The position numbers and the translations under genes were made by a program. From NCBI GenBank assembly GCA_965116515.1, contig OZ220705.1, positions 2,399,565 through 2,463,564 on the forward strand: a stretch of 64,000 bases of DNA, in the 5' to 3' direction. Of this stretch, positions 9,983 through 19,977 are shown piece by piece (position 1 is the first letter of the stretch; every line of letters begins with the position of its first letter). Source of the stretch: Alphaproteobacteria bacterium. Its GTDB lineage: Bacteria; Pseudomonadota; Alphaproteobacteria; SP197. The notes below the pieces were generated by a model. It had not been told where the DNA came from and ran no database searches. It worked only from the letters and a program-made list of their open reading frames with translations.

Positions 9983-11466
9983 GCCGACCCCGCAATATCC
10001 TCTGGCTGAACACGGATCAGCAGATGACCGCCAACAGGCCCGGCGCAGCGCGCGAGCTGCCCCTGCAAAGGAAACTGGCTGCGCGGGGCATGAACTTCAG
10101 GCGGGCATACACGGCGCTCCCCATTTGTTCGCCGGCGCGCGCCTCGATGCTGACGGGCCGTTATCCCCACAATCACGGTCTGACAGAAAATGACGGGCGT
10201 TTTGGCGGACGAACCGGCCTGGAGAAGTCCGATACCCTTGTGACCGACCCGCTTCTTGCTGAGGGGTACCGTTGCGCCTGGTTCGGCAAATGGCATCTGC
10301 ATCGCAAGCTCGACGCGCGTGCTTTCGGTTTCGAGGGTTACGCGCCGGCGGACTATGCCTATCCCTATGCCAGCGCGGAGTATCGTGCCTATCTCGAACG
10401 CAACGCGTTGCCTGACCCGATAGCGCGGATCGAGTTGTCAGGAGAAAGCGGTACTCCGCCAGGCACACCGGTCGCCTTGACCCGGTCCGAAGACTGGTTC
10501 GACTTCGAAGCGGGCAGCGCGATCCTCGAAGGACCAGCCGAAACGCATGAAGCCTTCTTTGTCGCCGAACTCGCCGAACGCTGGCTTCGTGATGCGGGAG
10601 ACGGTCCCTTCTTCATGCGTGTCGACACCTGGGGCCCGCACCCCCCTTATCTGGTTGGCGCTCCCTTTGCCGGCATGTTCGCCGAACTGGACAGCGCGGC
10701 CTCGCCCAACCTCGTCTCGGACCTGAAAGCGCGCCCTGCTCACCACGCGGCGTATCGCGACTACTGGCAGGAAACTCTTGGCGACAAGGCCCGTGATTTT
10801 GCACTGCTTTCGCGGCGTGCGCTGCAACTGGCCGCCCTCTGCGAGGCGGCCCTGGTGCGGCTCCTGGACGTGCTTGATGAAGGTGGAAGGACCGATGACA
10901 CGATCGTTGTCTTCACGGCCGATCACGGGGACGCGGTAGCCTCGAACGGCGGCACGATGAACAAGGGCGGGCTGATGGTGGAAGAAACGTTGCGTATCCC
11001 CATGTTGATCGCCGGACCGGGCATTGCCCCCGGACTGAACGACAGCCTGGTCTGCAACATCGATCTGGCGCCAACGTTGCTCGACCTGTGCGGGATCACC
11101 GCACACGAGATGGACGGAACCAGCCTTTGCCCGCTGCTCTGGCGCACCGGACCCTTGCCCCGCGACGGCCTGATGACCGAGCACTATGGTCTGAAGATAC
11201 CGCTCTGGCAGCGTGCGTTTCACAAAGGGCACTGGAAGCTCGTCGTGCAGGAGGACGGATTCACCGAGTTGTATGACCTCGCTTGCGACGCTGCCGAGAT
11301 GAACAATCTGGCCAACAATGTCACCCATGCAGGGACGCTTCGCGACATGCGGGATGGTTTGGCGAAGGCACTGGCGAGCTACGGTGACAACTCAGCTCCC
11401 GCGATGGCCTTTCGGGATGCGGCACAGGAAGAGCCCGTTCCCTTCCCGCGGCGTCATCCGGGGTGA
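9979..11466 (+). CDS. Sulfatase (Cys-type arylsulfatase family).
   Basis: Sulfatase signature CSPARASMLTGRYPHNHG (C-x-P-x-R) and the metal-ligand region; 495 aa. Confidence 0.85.
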   Translation: MSRPRNILWLNTDQQMTANRPGAARELPLQRKLAARGMNFRRAYTALPICSPARASMLTGRYPHNHGLTENDGRFGGRTGLEKSDTLVTDPLLAEGYRCAWFGKWHLHRKLDARAFGFEGYAPADYAYPYASAEYRAYLERNALPDPIARIELSGESGTPPGTPVALTRSEDWFDFEAGSAILEGPAETHEAFFVAELAERWLRDAGDGPFFMRVDTWGPHPPYLVGAPFAGMFAELDSAASPNLVSDLKARPAHHAAYRDYWQETLGDKARDFALLSRRALQLAALCEAALVRLLDVLDEGGRTDDTIVVFTADHGDAVASNGGTMNKGGLMVEETLRIPMLIAGPGIAPGLNDSLVCNIDLAPTLLDLCGITAHEMDGTSLCPLLWRTGPLPRDGLMTEHYGLKIPLWQRAFHKGHWKLVVQEDGFTELYDLACDAAEMNNLANNVTHAGTLRDMRDGLAKALASYGDNSAPAMAFRDAAQEEPVPFPRRHPG

Positions 11467-11724
11467 AGATTCCGGACGTCCTCGCCATTGCCCGGGGATT
11501 GACGGACAGGAAATGGAACCGGCTCTTGCGTCACGACCGTGATCCCGCAAACCCGGCGAAGGCACGGAGCCGCAATGCCGGGCGAACGCGCCTGTCGGTT
11601 CGGGAACGCCAGGGAACGACGTTGCGGCCTCCCGGCTCAAGGATTGCGGCCGATTTGCGTCGTTGACCGACGCCCGCGCGCCGGTACCGGACCAGGCGGC
11701 TGTCCGGCATTCATCCAGCGATTT

Positions 11725-13617
11725 TCAGGAACCGGTTGCGGTCTCCAGTGCCGTGCTTGCTTCAATCCAGCGTGCCTCGGCCTTCTCGAGCGCTCTTTCA
11801 ATTCTCCTTCTCTTGGTCATCAGCTCGGTCACGGTCGTTCCTTCAAGGGTTGAGGGATCAAACAGGATGCGGTCGATCTCGTTGCGAGAGCGGGCGAGAA
11901 CGTTGACCTCGTTCTCGGCCTTGTCGACCGCCTTTCTCAGCTCCCTTGTGCGGTCCCGTTCGACTGCGGCACGGCGTCGCTCATCCTTTCTCGTCGAGCG
12001 CGACACCGTCGGTCCGGAGTTACGGCCGAGCACCAGGTTGCGATAGTCGTCGAGATCGCCCGCGAAGTCCGTTGCCTTTCCGTCGGCAATGAGAACGAGT
12101 CGATCCGCCGTGAGTTCGACAAGGTGCCGGTCGTGGCTGATCATGATCACCGCGCCGCTGTACCCGCTGAGTGCCTGGACCAGAGATTCCCGGGCCTCGA
12201 TGTCGAGATGGTTGGTCGGCTCGTCGAGGATGATGAGGTGCGGGGCATCTCGAGTGATGAGGGCCAGGGCCAGGCGGGCCCGCTCGCCTCCCGAAAGCTG
12301 GTGGACCGGAAGGGCGGCCTTGTCACCCGAGAATCCGAAGCGGCCCAGCTGGGCCCGCACACGGCGCGGCGTGGCGTCCGGCATCAGGCGCGTCATGTGA
12401 ACGAGTGGTGTTTCGACGGGATCGAGTTCCTCGACCTGGTGCTGCGCAAAGTACCCGACTCGCAACCGTGAGGCTGCCGTCATCGAGCCGCTCATGACAT
12501 CGAGCCTGCCGGAAAGCAAACGGGCAAGGGTCGTCTTTCCGTTGCCGTTGCGTCCCAGGAAGGCGATGCGCTCGTCGGGGTCGATGCGGAGCTGCAGACC
12601 GGCGAGCACCGGCTGTCCGGCCGAGTACCCTACCGATGCGTCATCGAGAAGGATCATTGGCGGCCGCAAGGTGTCTGGATCCGGAAAGTCGAACTGGAGC
12701 GTGCTGTCCTCGATGGCGGCGGCCACCGGTTCCATGCGCTGCAGGGCCTTCAACCGGCTTTGCGCCTGGCGTGCCGTGTGGGCCTTGTAGCGCCAGCGGT
12801 CCACATAGGCCATGAGCTTGGCCCTTTGCCTTTCCTGCCGGGCGCGCATGGCCTCGATCTGCCCGAGTCTCTCGCTCAACTGCCTTTCCCACGCATCGTA
12901 GTTGCCCCGGTAGAGCGTCACCGCGCCGCCCTGGAGGTGCAGAATGTGGTCACAGACATTGTTGAGGAGGTCCCGCTCGTGGCTGATGACCAGCAGGGTT
13001 CCCCGGTAGGCCCTGAGAAACGACTCCAGCCACAGGGCGGCCTCGAGATCGAGGTAGTTGCTTGGTTCATCCAGCAACAGAACGTCGGGGCGGGAGAACA
13101 GCAGGGCGGCCAGGGCGATGCGCATGCGCCAGCCGCCGGAGAAACTGTCGACAGTCTGTTGCTGGGCAACCTCGTCGAATCCCAGGCCGGAGAGAATCCG
13201 GGAGGCTCTCGCCGGTGCGCTGTACGCATCGATCGCCTGAAGCCGCTCGTGGATGTCACCGATGCGCTGGCTCGTTGCGGCCGAGGCTTCCTCTTCCAGA
13301 AGGCGCGTGCGTTCTTCATCGGCGGCAAGGACCCTCTCGAGAGGCGTGTCGCTGCCGGCCCGAACGTCCTGGGCAAGATAGCCGAGACTGGCGCCGCGCC
13401 GCATGTCGAGCGTGCCGGCATCGGATTCGATCTCTCCGGCGATGACCTTCATCAGCGTCGACTTGCCCGCGCCGTTGCGGCCGATCAGGCCGACACGGCT
13501 TCCAGAGGCCAGCGTCGCTGACGCGCCATCAAGGATCGTGTGGCCACCAAGCCTCACGGTGATTCCGGACAGTGTGAGCATGGCCGGCTGATACCACGCC
13601 GGAACCCCGCGCGTCAC
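11725..13617 (-). CDS. ABC-F family ATPase (two NBDs with an inter-domain linker; Uup/EttA/YheS-like). An alternative start at 13581 is possible.
   Basis: Two Walker A sites (GRNGAGKST, GRNGNGKTT), two LSGG signature motifs, a charged C-terminal coiled-coil tail, no TMD. Confidence 0.85.
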   Translation of the reverse strand: MTRGVPAWYQPAMLTLSGITVRLGGHTILDGASATLASGSRVGLIGRNGAGKSTLMKVIAGEIESDAGTLDMRRGASLGYLAQDVRAGSDTPLERVLAADEERTRLLEEEASAATSQRIGDIHERLQAIDAYSAPARASRILSGLGFDEVAQQQTVDSFSGGWRMRIALAALLFSRPDVLLLDEPSNYLDLEAALWLESFLRAYRGTLLVISHERDLLNNVCDHILHLQGGAVTLYRGNYDAWERQLSERLGQIEAMRARQERQRAKLMAYVDRWRYKAHTARQAQSRLKALQRMEPVAAAIEDSTLQFDFPDPDTLRPPMILLDDASVGYSAGQPVLAGLQLRIDPDERIAFLGRNGNGKTTLARLLSGRLDVMSGSMTAASRLRVGYFAQHQVEELDPVETPLVHMTRLMPDATPRRVRAQLGRFGFSGDKAALPVHQLSGGERARLALALITRDAPHLIILDEPTNHLDIEARESLVQALSGYSGAVIMISHDRHLVELTADRLVLIADGKATDFAGDLDDYRNLVLGRNSGPTVSRSTRKDERRRAAVERDRTRELRKAVDKAENEVNVLARSRNEIDRILFDPSTLEGTTVTELMTKRRRIERALEKAEARWIEASTALETATGS

Positions 13618-13778
13618 TCCGGTGCAATGTCACAGAAATTCCGTCACGCTGATCCATGGGCCCCTGTTCGTCGACGAAAGATATCCGGGGGGTTCAAGAT
13701 CCGTGCGGTGGCCCTCCATCGATCACTGCCGTGCGCCAGACCATTGTGTCATGGGGCGACGGAACCGGTTCGTGCCGG

Positions 13779-14675
13779 TCAACGGGTTGGTGTTCCGAGT
13801 GGCCGGGGGATGCCCTGGGGCACGATACGATAGAGGAGCCTGCGATGGCGCGGGGTTTCCGGCGCGCCGATGGGCCGGGCGCAATGCAGTGTCACGGTAT
13901 TGTCCCACATCAGGAGATCGCCCGGGCGGTAACGGTGGGACCAGGTGAAACGCCCGGAGATGGCGTGGAGCTTGAGGCGGCGCATGAGGTCGCAGGCCGC
14001 AGCGGTCTCCATGCCATCGATGGCCACCATGGAGCCGGCGGGAGAGTAGAGCGCCTTCTCTCCGGTGAGGGTGTGCGGCCTTGCGACCGGCCGGAGGGCC
14101 GGTGGCGGCAGGAGTCCGGCCGTGTCGTCGGTCACGGGTTGCAGGGGATGCTCGAAATCCTCGCGTCCGCCGAGAATGTCGCCCGTGCCGGAATACATGT
14201 GGAGAGCCGTCAGGGGCTCGATGGCACGCTGTGTCTCCCGGTCAAGTCCGCGCCAGGCCGCGCCCATGTCGGCGATCAGGGTTTCGCCTCCCTCTGCCGG
14301 CGCCTCCAGGCACCACAGCATGGTGGTGGCGTCCGCATCGGCCTCGGCGGCGCAATCGGTGTGCCAGAACGAGGCGCCGTTGCGGTACTCCTCGCGCACG
14401 TTGACTCCACCGACATTGCCGACCGTTGACATGAAGTCATAGCCGGGAACATTGCGTTCCTGGAAACCGTCAATACGTGGCGTTCCCCAGGCAGTGGCAA
14501 ACCGGGCGAAGTCGTCCGGCGCCAGATCCTGATCACGAAAGAGCAGGACCTTGTGTTCGACGAAAGCACGTGCCAGGGCTTCGAGGGTTTCGGCATCGAG
14601 AGCGCAGGACAGATCGATACCGCGCACTTCCGCGGCGAAGGTGGCGCCCAGGCGATGAATGTCTCGAACAGACAT
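13779..14675 (-). CDS. TauD/TfdA family Fe(II)/2-oxoglutarate dioxygenase.
   Basis: WHTD...(x)n...H motif context (FWHTDCAAEADADATTM) typical of the taurine dioxygenase family; 298 aa. Confidence 0.85.
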   Translation of the reverse strand: MSVRDIHRLGATFAAEVRGIDLSCALDAETLEALARAFVEHKVLLFRDQDLAPDDFARFATAWGTPRIDGFQERNVPGYDFMSTVGNVGGVNVREEYRNGASFWHTDCAAEADADATTMLWCLEAPAEGGETLIADMGAAWRGLDRETQRAIEPLTALHMYSGTGDILGGREDFEHPLQPVTDDTAGLLPPPALRPVARPHTLTGEKALYSPAGSMVAIDGMETAAACDLMRRLKLHAISGRFTWSHRYRPGDLLMWDNTVTLHCARPIGAPETPRHRRLLYRIVPQGIPRPLGTPTR

Positions 14676-14996
14676 GTCAGCCAGTTTCCTCCGGTCGGGG
14701 CCTGATCGGACAACCCGACGGCATCATGCCGCCATTCTTCCCTCGATGACGTGGTTCAAAACCCCGACCACCTTCCTGCACGATTCGCTGGCGGTCGCCA
14801 GCACACGCAACCCTACCGATGGCATGCCGGATGGTCGAATCGACCGCTCCTGCGATCGATGCAGGCCACCCGGCAATCCGGCATCATGGGGACACCTGGA
14901 CGATGGGATCGTGCTTGCGGCCTGCATGAGGACGACTTTGATACGCCTTTGATCCCGAACGGAGTATGTATCGCAGATGGCAGGGAGAAGTCCGAC

Positions 14997-16208
14997 GTGA
15001 ACCATGTCAGTCATCTCGAGTGTTCCGCGACCGGAGAGCGGCATGAAGCCGGTGAAGTTCACGGCCTCTCGCGCGCCGGCTGGCCGTTGCTGGTGCGTTA
15101 CGACCTGGATCGCCTCGCCGATGCGGTCACCCGGGAATCCATTGCTGCTGCACCCGTCGCCGGATTCTGGCGTTGGGCACCCTTGCTTCCGGTGGCGCGG
15201 GAACGGGACAGGATCTCGCTTGGCGAGGTGACGACACCGCTCGTTCCCCTGGTGCGCTCTGTTGGCGAAACGCCGACGAACGTCATGGTGAAGGACGAAG
15301 GCCGCCTGCCTACCGGCTCTTTCAAGGCGAGGGGGCTGGCCCTGGCGGTGTCGATGGCAAGGCAGCTCGGCCTCCACCACCTTGCCATTCCGACGAATGG
15401 CAATGCGGGTGCCGCTCTTGCCGCCTATGCCGGGCGGGCCGGGATGAAGTCCACGGTTCTTTGTCCGGCGGATACTCCGGACATCAATCTGCGCGAAATC
15501 CGCCAGCACGGCGCCGATGTCTGGAAGGTCGACGGCCTCATCAACGATTGCGGCAGAATCGTCGGCGAGGGGGCCCGGACTGCCGGCTGGTTCGATGTTT
15601 CCACCTTGAAGGAGCCCTATCGCATCGAGGGCAAGAAAACGATGGGACTCGAGCTTGCCTGGCAGATGGACTGGTCCCTGCCGGATGTCATCTTCTATCC
15701 CACCGGAGGCGGCACCGGGCTCATCGGAATGTGGAAGGCCTTCGAGGAGCTACGCCAGCTCGACTGGATCACCGGTGGCCTGCCCCGCATGGTGGCGGTC
15801 CAGGCAACAGGGTGTGCTCCCATCGTGCGTGCCTTCGAGGCCGGAAGCACACATGCCGTGCCGTGGCAGGACGCCCATACCGTGGCGGCGGGCATCCGGG
15901 TGCCGGTTGCCATCGGCGACTTTCTCATTCTCGATGCGATCCGCACGTCCGGGGGCTTCGCCATGGCGGTCGATGACGAATCAATTCTCCAGGAGAGGGA
16001 CAGGGTGGCGATGCAGGACGGACTGTTGCTCGCACCTGAGGGGGCGGCAACGGTTGCCGCCTGGAGGCGGGCTCTGGAGAACGGACTGGTCGGAGACGAT
16101 GAGCGCGTCGTTCTCTTCAATTGCGCCAGTGGCCTCAAGTACCCGATGGCTCCGGTGACTCAGGAACTCGACATCACGCGGGACATCGATTTCACGCGCC
16201 TCGCATGA
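14997..16208 (+). CDS. Threonine synthase-like PLP-dependent enzyme (fold type II).
   Basis: PLP-lysine motif TGSFKARG; similarity to short ThrC (zinc-ribbon-like N-terminus LECSATG, VRYDLD). Start set at GTG 14997 after RBS AGGGAG; the longer ORF from 14751 lacks an RBS. Confidence 0.75.
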   Translation: MNHVSHLECSATGERHEAGEVHGLSRAGWPLLVRYDLDRLADAVTRESIAAAPVAGFWRWAPLLPVARERDRISLGEVTTPLVPLVRSVGETPTNVMVKDEGRLPTGSFKARGLALAVSMARQLGLHHLAIPTNGNAGAALAAYAGRAGMKSTVLCPADTPDINLREIRQHGADVWKVDGLINDCGRIVGEGARTAGWFDVSTLKEPYRIEGKKTMGLELAWQMDWSLPDVIFYPTGGGTGLIGMWKAFEELRQLDWITGGLPRMVAVQATGCAPIVRAFEAGSTHAVPWQDAHTVAAGIRVPVAIGDFLILDAIRTSGGFAMAVDDESILQERDRVAMQDGLLLAPEGAATVAAWRRALENGLVGDDERVVLFNCASGLKYPMAPVTQELDITRDIDFTRLA

Positions 16209-16219
16209 CCCCGGGCGCC

Positions 16220-16492
16220 TCAGATGTCCTCGGCCGACCCTGTCTCATCTTCCTGGGGCGGCTCTTCGGGCAGCTCGGGCTCCTCGGGAACGCGGCGGAT
16301 GATGATGTCGCCGTTCTCGAGAACTTCCGGCAGTTCATACTGGGGAACGGATTCGATGATGCCCTCAAGCAGCATCAGCAGACCCTGCAGCGCCTCTGAC
16401 ACATCGGGCACAAGGTCATCATCTGCCGCCACCGGAGTGGCGAGGCAGCACGCCGCCGCCGCCGCCATGAGGGCCCGCTTCATGCCCGGCAT
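16220..16492 (-). CDS. Small secreted hypothetical protein (signal peptide MKRALMAAAAACCLATPVAA, acidic C-terminus).
   Basis: ORF with a plausible Sec signal; 4 bp downstream of a small membrane-protein ORF. Confidence 0.35.
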   Translation of the reverse strand: MPGMKRALMAAAAACCLATPVAADDDLVPDVSEALQGLLMLLEGIIESVPQYELPEVLENGDIIIRRVPEEPELPEEPPQEDETGSAEDI

Positions 16493-16495
16493 CGA

Positions 16496-16687
16496 TCAAT
16501 GCCTGTCGGCACGCCGCGCGTGGCGTTCGGCGATGTGGCCATAGTAGCGGAGCATGATGAACCAGCTCAGGCCTACAAGACCGATGCCCATGTAACGGGT
16601 TGCCTCACTCTCGGTCATGGCGGCAGCCACCAGGCCCAGAAGGGAGAGCAGACTGAAGAGGACGGAAATGGCGATAGTCCAGTACAT
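16496..16687 (-). CDS. Small two-TM membrane protein, hypothetical.
   Basis: 63-aa hydrophobic ORF immediately upstream of 16220..16492 on the same strand. Confidence 0.35.
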   Translation of the reverse strand: MYWTIAISVLFSLLSLLGLVAAAMTESEATRYMGIGLVGLSWFIMLRYYGHIAERHARRADRH

Positions 16688-16854
16688 GGACCTTGCTCCT
16701 GTGGAGGGAGGGGATCATCGCGCAAGAATATGTATTGCCGCCCGGCTGTCGAGTGTCTTTTGGGCTCATCGGCCTGTGGCGGCTGGCGGGTGGAAGGCCG
16801 GCGAAGGACGGGATACAAGGTCCACCTTGGGGTTCAGGATGAAGGAGACGGGCA

Positions 16855-17724
16855 GTGAAGGTCGCATTCTTGGGTCTGGGAGTGATGGGTTATCCAATGG
16901 CCGGGCATCTGGCGGCCCATGGTCACGATGTGACCGTCTGCAATCGCACGCCCGCCAAGGCGCAACGCTGGGTGAACGAGCACGGCGGCAGGGGCGCACC
17001 GAACCCGGCCGAAGCAGCAGCAGGGGCGGAGATTGTCTTTGCCTGTGTCGGTGACGACGACAGTGTGCGCGAAGTGATCTGCGGTGCCGATGGCGCCGCC
17101 AGCGGCATGGACGAGGGCGCACTGTTCGTCGATCACACAACCGCTTCGGCTGATGTCGCAAGGGACATGGCGGAGGCGCTCGCCGGAAACGGCCTCGACT
17201 TTGTCGATGCGCCGGTTTCGGGCGGCCAGGCCGGGGCAGAGAACGGCCAGCTGACGATCATGGCCGGAGGCAACCAGGAACATTTTGAACGCGCCCGTCC
17301 GGTGATGGAATGCTACGGCAAGGCCGTGACACTGATGGGAGGTGTCGGTGCCGGCCAGCTCTGCAAGATGGCCAACCAGATCTGCATCGCCGGTCTCGTT
17401 CAGGGCCTGGCCGAGGGCCTCAACTTCGCCCAGCGTGCAGGACTGGATGGCGAGCAGGTGATCGACGTCATCTCCAAGGGAGCCGCCGGTTCCTGGCAGA
17501 TGGTCAATCGTGGCAGCACCATGTTGCGCGACGAGTACGAGTTCGGATTTGCCGTGGACTGGATGCGCAAGGACATGCGCATCGCGATGGCCGAAGCGAC
17601 GCGCAACGGCGCGTCACTGCCGGTAGCGGCTCTCGTGGACCAGTTCTACGCCGAGATTCAGCGCCTTGGCGGCAGCCGCTGGGACACGTCGAGCCTTATG
17701 CACCGCCTGAAACGTGTCCCTTGA
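16855..17724 (+). CDS. NAD(P)-dependent oxidoreductase, 3-hydroxyisobutyrate dehydrogenase / 2-hydroxy-3-oxopropionate reductase family.
   Basis: N-terminal Rossmann motif GLGVMGYPMAGHL and the HIBADH catalytic region. GTG start after RBS AAGGAGA. Confidence 0.85.
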   Translation: MKVAFLGLGVMGYPMAGHLAAHGHDVTVCNRTPAKAQRWVNEHGGRGAPNPAEAAAGAEIVFACVGDDDSVREVICGADGAASGMDEGALFVDHTTASADVARDMAEALAGNGLDFVDAPVSGGQAGAENGQLTIMAGGNQEHFERARPVMECYGKAVTLMGGVGAGQLCKMANQICIAGLVQGLAEGLNFAQRAGLDGEQVIDVISKGAAGSWQMVNRGSTMLRDEYEFGFAVDWMRKDMRIAMAEATRNGASLPVAALVDQFYAEIQRLGGSRWDTSSLMHRLKRVP

Positions 17725-17794
17725 GGTCGGGAAGCCTGCGTGAGGCATCGCCGAACGGACGCCCGTTCCCGAATTCGAGACGTCTTCGTGCCGG

Positions 17795-19351
17795 TCAGGT
17801 AAAGGAGTCCGGCAGGGAGAGTTTCCGGCGGGCAATCCAGTCCTCGAGTTCTTCGGCGACAGCGGCATCCATGGCCGGAGCCTCGTAGTCTGCAAGCATG
17901 TCCTTCCACAGCTGGTTGGCGCGTCTTGCGGCATCGAGCGACCCGTCTGCCTGCCACTGCTCGAAACTGTTGTTGTCGGCGATGGTCGAACGGTAGAAGG
18001 CGGTCTGGAAATTGTTCTGGGTATGATCACACCCCAGAAAATGACTGCCCGGCCCGACTTCGCGGATGGCGTCCATTGCCTGACCGTTCTCCGAAAGATC
18101 GACTCCCCGGCCCAGCACCTGCATCATGCCGATCTGGTCGGCGTCCATGACGAACTTCTCGTAACCCGAGGCCAGACCACCCTCAAGCCAGCCGGCGGCA
18201 TGCAGCACGAAGTTGACACCCCCCAGAAGTGTGGGAAGGAGGGTTTGCGCGCTTTCGTAAGCCGCCTGGGCATCCGGAACCTTCGATCCGCACAGCGAGC
18301 CGCCTGAGCGGAAGGGAACCCCCAGGCGCCTGGCGAGCTGCGCCGACGCAAACAGCACGAGTGCCGGTTCCGGAGTGCCGAATGTGGGAGCTCCCGACTG
18401 CATCGATATCGAACTGCCGAACGTGCCGAACACCACCGGTGCACCCTTGCGCACCAGTTGGGTCGTTGCCATGCCGACGAGGGCCTCTGCCAGAATCTGC
18501 GCGACCGTTCCGGCGACTGTCACGGGGCTCATGGCACCAGACAGGATGAAGGGTGACACGACACAGGCCTGCCCCGCCCCGGCATAGACCTTGAGGGCGC
18601 CCAGCATCATGCCATCGAAGGTCATCGGAGAGTTGGCATTGATGAGATTGATGATGCAGCAGTGGTTGTCGACCGTTTCCGCGCCCAGAGCGATACGTGC
18701 CAGTTCGACAGAGTCCGCTGCGCGCTCAGGTGCGGTGACCGATCCCATGAAAGGCTTGTCGGAATACGTGAGGTGGGCATGCACCATGTCGAGGTGGCGC
18801 TTGCTGACGGGGATGTCGACCGGTTCGCAGACCGTTCCCCCCGAGTGGTGCATCGCCGGCGTCATGTAGGCGAGCTTCACGAAGTTGCGGAAGTCCTCGA
18901 TGGTCGCATAGCGGCGTCCTTCATCGAGGTTGTGGATGAAAGGCGGACCATAGACCGGGGCGAACACGGTCGCGCCATCGCCGATCTTGACGCTTCGTTG
19001 CGGATTGCGCGCGCGCTGCACAAATGAAGAGGGCGCGGTGGCAAGCAGGCTGCGGGCGAGGCCTCTGGGAAAGTGGAGCGTTTCGCCGTCATCGGCGAGA
19101 TCGGCGCCGGCATCGCGCCACATGGCGATGGTTTCGGGGTCGTCCTTGATGGCGACCCCCACCTCTTCCATGATCACGTCGGCATTGTGTTCGATGATCT
19201 CCAGGCCCTCTGCCGAGAGCACGTCAAAGACCGGGACATTGCGCTGGATGTAAGGGAGCGGTGTTGTGTCGAAACGCCGGCTGCGCAGTGCCCGACGGGC
19301 ACCGCTGCCGCCTCGTTCGCGACGCCCGCCGCGTCGCCGGTTCCCGCTCAT
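17795..19351 (-). CDS. Trimethylamine methyltransferase MttB family protein (non-pyrrolysine; glycine-betaine/quaternary-amine:corrinoid methyltransferase-like).
   Basis: MttB-family TIM-barrel pattern along the full length. Start set at ATG 19351 after RBS AAGAGG; the longer ORF from 19408 is less likely. Confidence 0.85.
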   Translation of the reverse strand: MSGNRRRGGRRERGGSGARRALRSRRFDTTPLPYIQRNVPVFDVLSAEGLEIIEHNADVIMEEVGVAIKDDPETIAMWRDAGADLADDGETLHFPRGLARSLLATAPSSFVQRARNPQRSVKIGDGATVFAPVYGPPFIHNLDEGRRYATIEDFRNFVKLAYMTPAMHHSGGTVCEPVDIPVSKRHLDMVHAHLTYSDKPFMGSVTAPERAADSVELARIALGAETVDNHCCIINLINANSPMTFDGMMLGALKVYAGAGQACVVSPFILSGAMSPVTVAGTVAQILAEALVGMATTQLVRKGAPVVFGTFGSSISMQSGAPTFGTPEPALVLFASAQLARRLGVPFRSGGSLCGSKVPDAQAAYESAQTLLPTLLGGVNFVLHAAGWLEGGLASGYEKFVMDADQIGMMQVLGRGVDLSENGQAMDAIREVGPGSHFLGCDHTQNNFQTAFYRSTIADNNSFEQWQADGSLDAARRANQLWKDMLADYEAPAMDAAVAEELEDWIARRKLSLPDSFT

Positions 19352-19500
19352 GAATGCCTCTTTCGAGCGTGTGGCTTGCGCCCCGCGAGGGGCATGCATC
19401 TGTCGCACAGGCGTCCGGGCCGATCAAGAGCGGGGAATGTTCTTGCGACTGCGAGGGCTCAGTGCGTAATAGGGTTGTCGCGACCCGGAGTGATCGGAAG

Positions 19501-19950
19501 ATGAAGCAGCGCGCCCGTCCAGTCGGCATCAACCACATCGCCCTTGAAGTCGGCGACATTGCCGAGGCAATGGCCTTCTACAAGGGCTTCCTTGACTTCG
19601 AGATTGCCTGGCAGTCATCCGATGCCGCCTTCGTCTACTTTGGCGACCAGTTCATCAATTTCATGACGCCTCGGCGCCAGGGGCCCGACGAGGGAAGGCA
19701 TTTCGGCATCGCAGTTGATGACAAGCAGGCTGCCATCGCCAGGCTCGAGGACATGGGTGTGGAACTGTTGCCAGGTCGTTTCACCGATTTTCTCGACCCC
19801 TGGGGCAACCGTGTGGAACTCACCACCTACACGAACATCCAGTTCACCAAGGCCGATCACGTGCTGAAGGGCATGGGTCTCGGCCATCTCGAGAAGACAG
19901 AAAGCGCCATGACTGAACTCGCCGCCAAGGGCATGGCGCCTGAAGGCTGA
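19501..19950 (+). CDS. VOC/glyoxalase family protein.
   Basis: Glyoxalase-like ba-bbb modules (INHIALEV...); start at ATG 19501. Confidence 0.7.
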   Translation: MKQRARPVGINHIALEVGDIAEAMAFYKGFLDFEIAWQSSDAAFVYFGDQFINFMTPRRQGPDEGRHFGIAVDDKQAAIARLEDMGVELLPGRFTDFLDPWGNRVELTTYTNIQFTKADHVLKGMGLGHLEKTESAMTELAAKGMAPEG

Positions 19951-19977
19951 CCAGCCGCTTCGAAGGGAAAGAGGACG

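Noticed and set aside
11467-11724. Possible terminator hairpin (CCGGAC-n9-GTCCGG) between the convergent sulfatase and ABC-F genes
   Set aside because: Short stem, no following T-tract; not distinguishable from chance palindromes in GC-rich DNA.
14751-14996. Long N-terminal extension of the threonine-synthase-like ORF
   Set aside because: No RBS; the extension has non-protein-like composition. A GTG with a proper AGGGAG RBS at 14997 gives a protein of the expected ThrC length.
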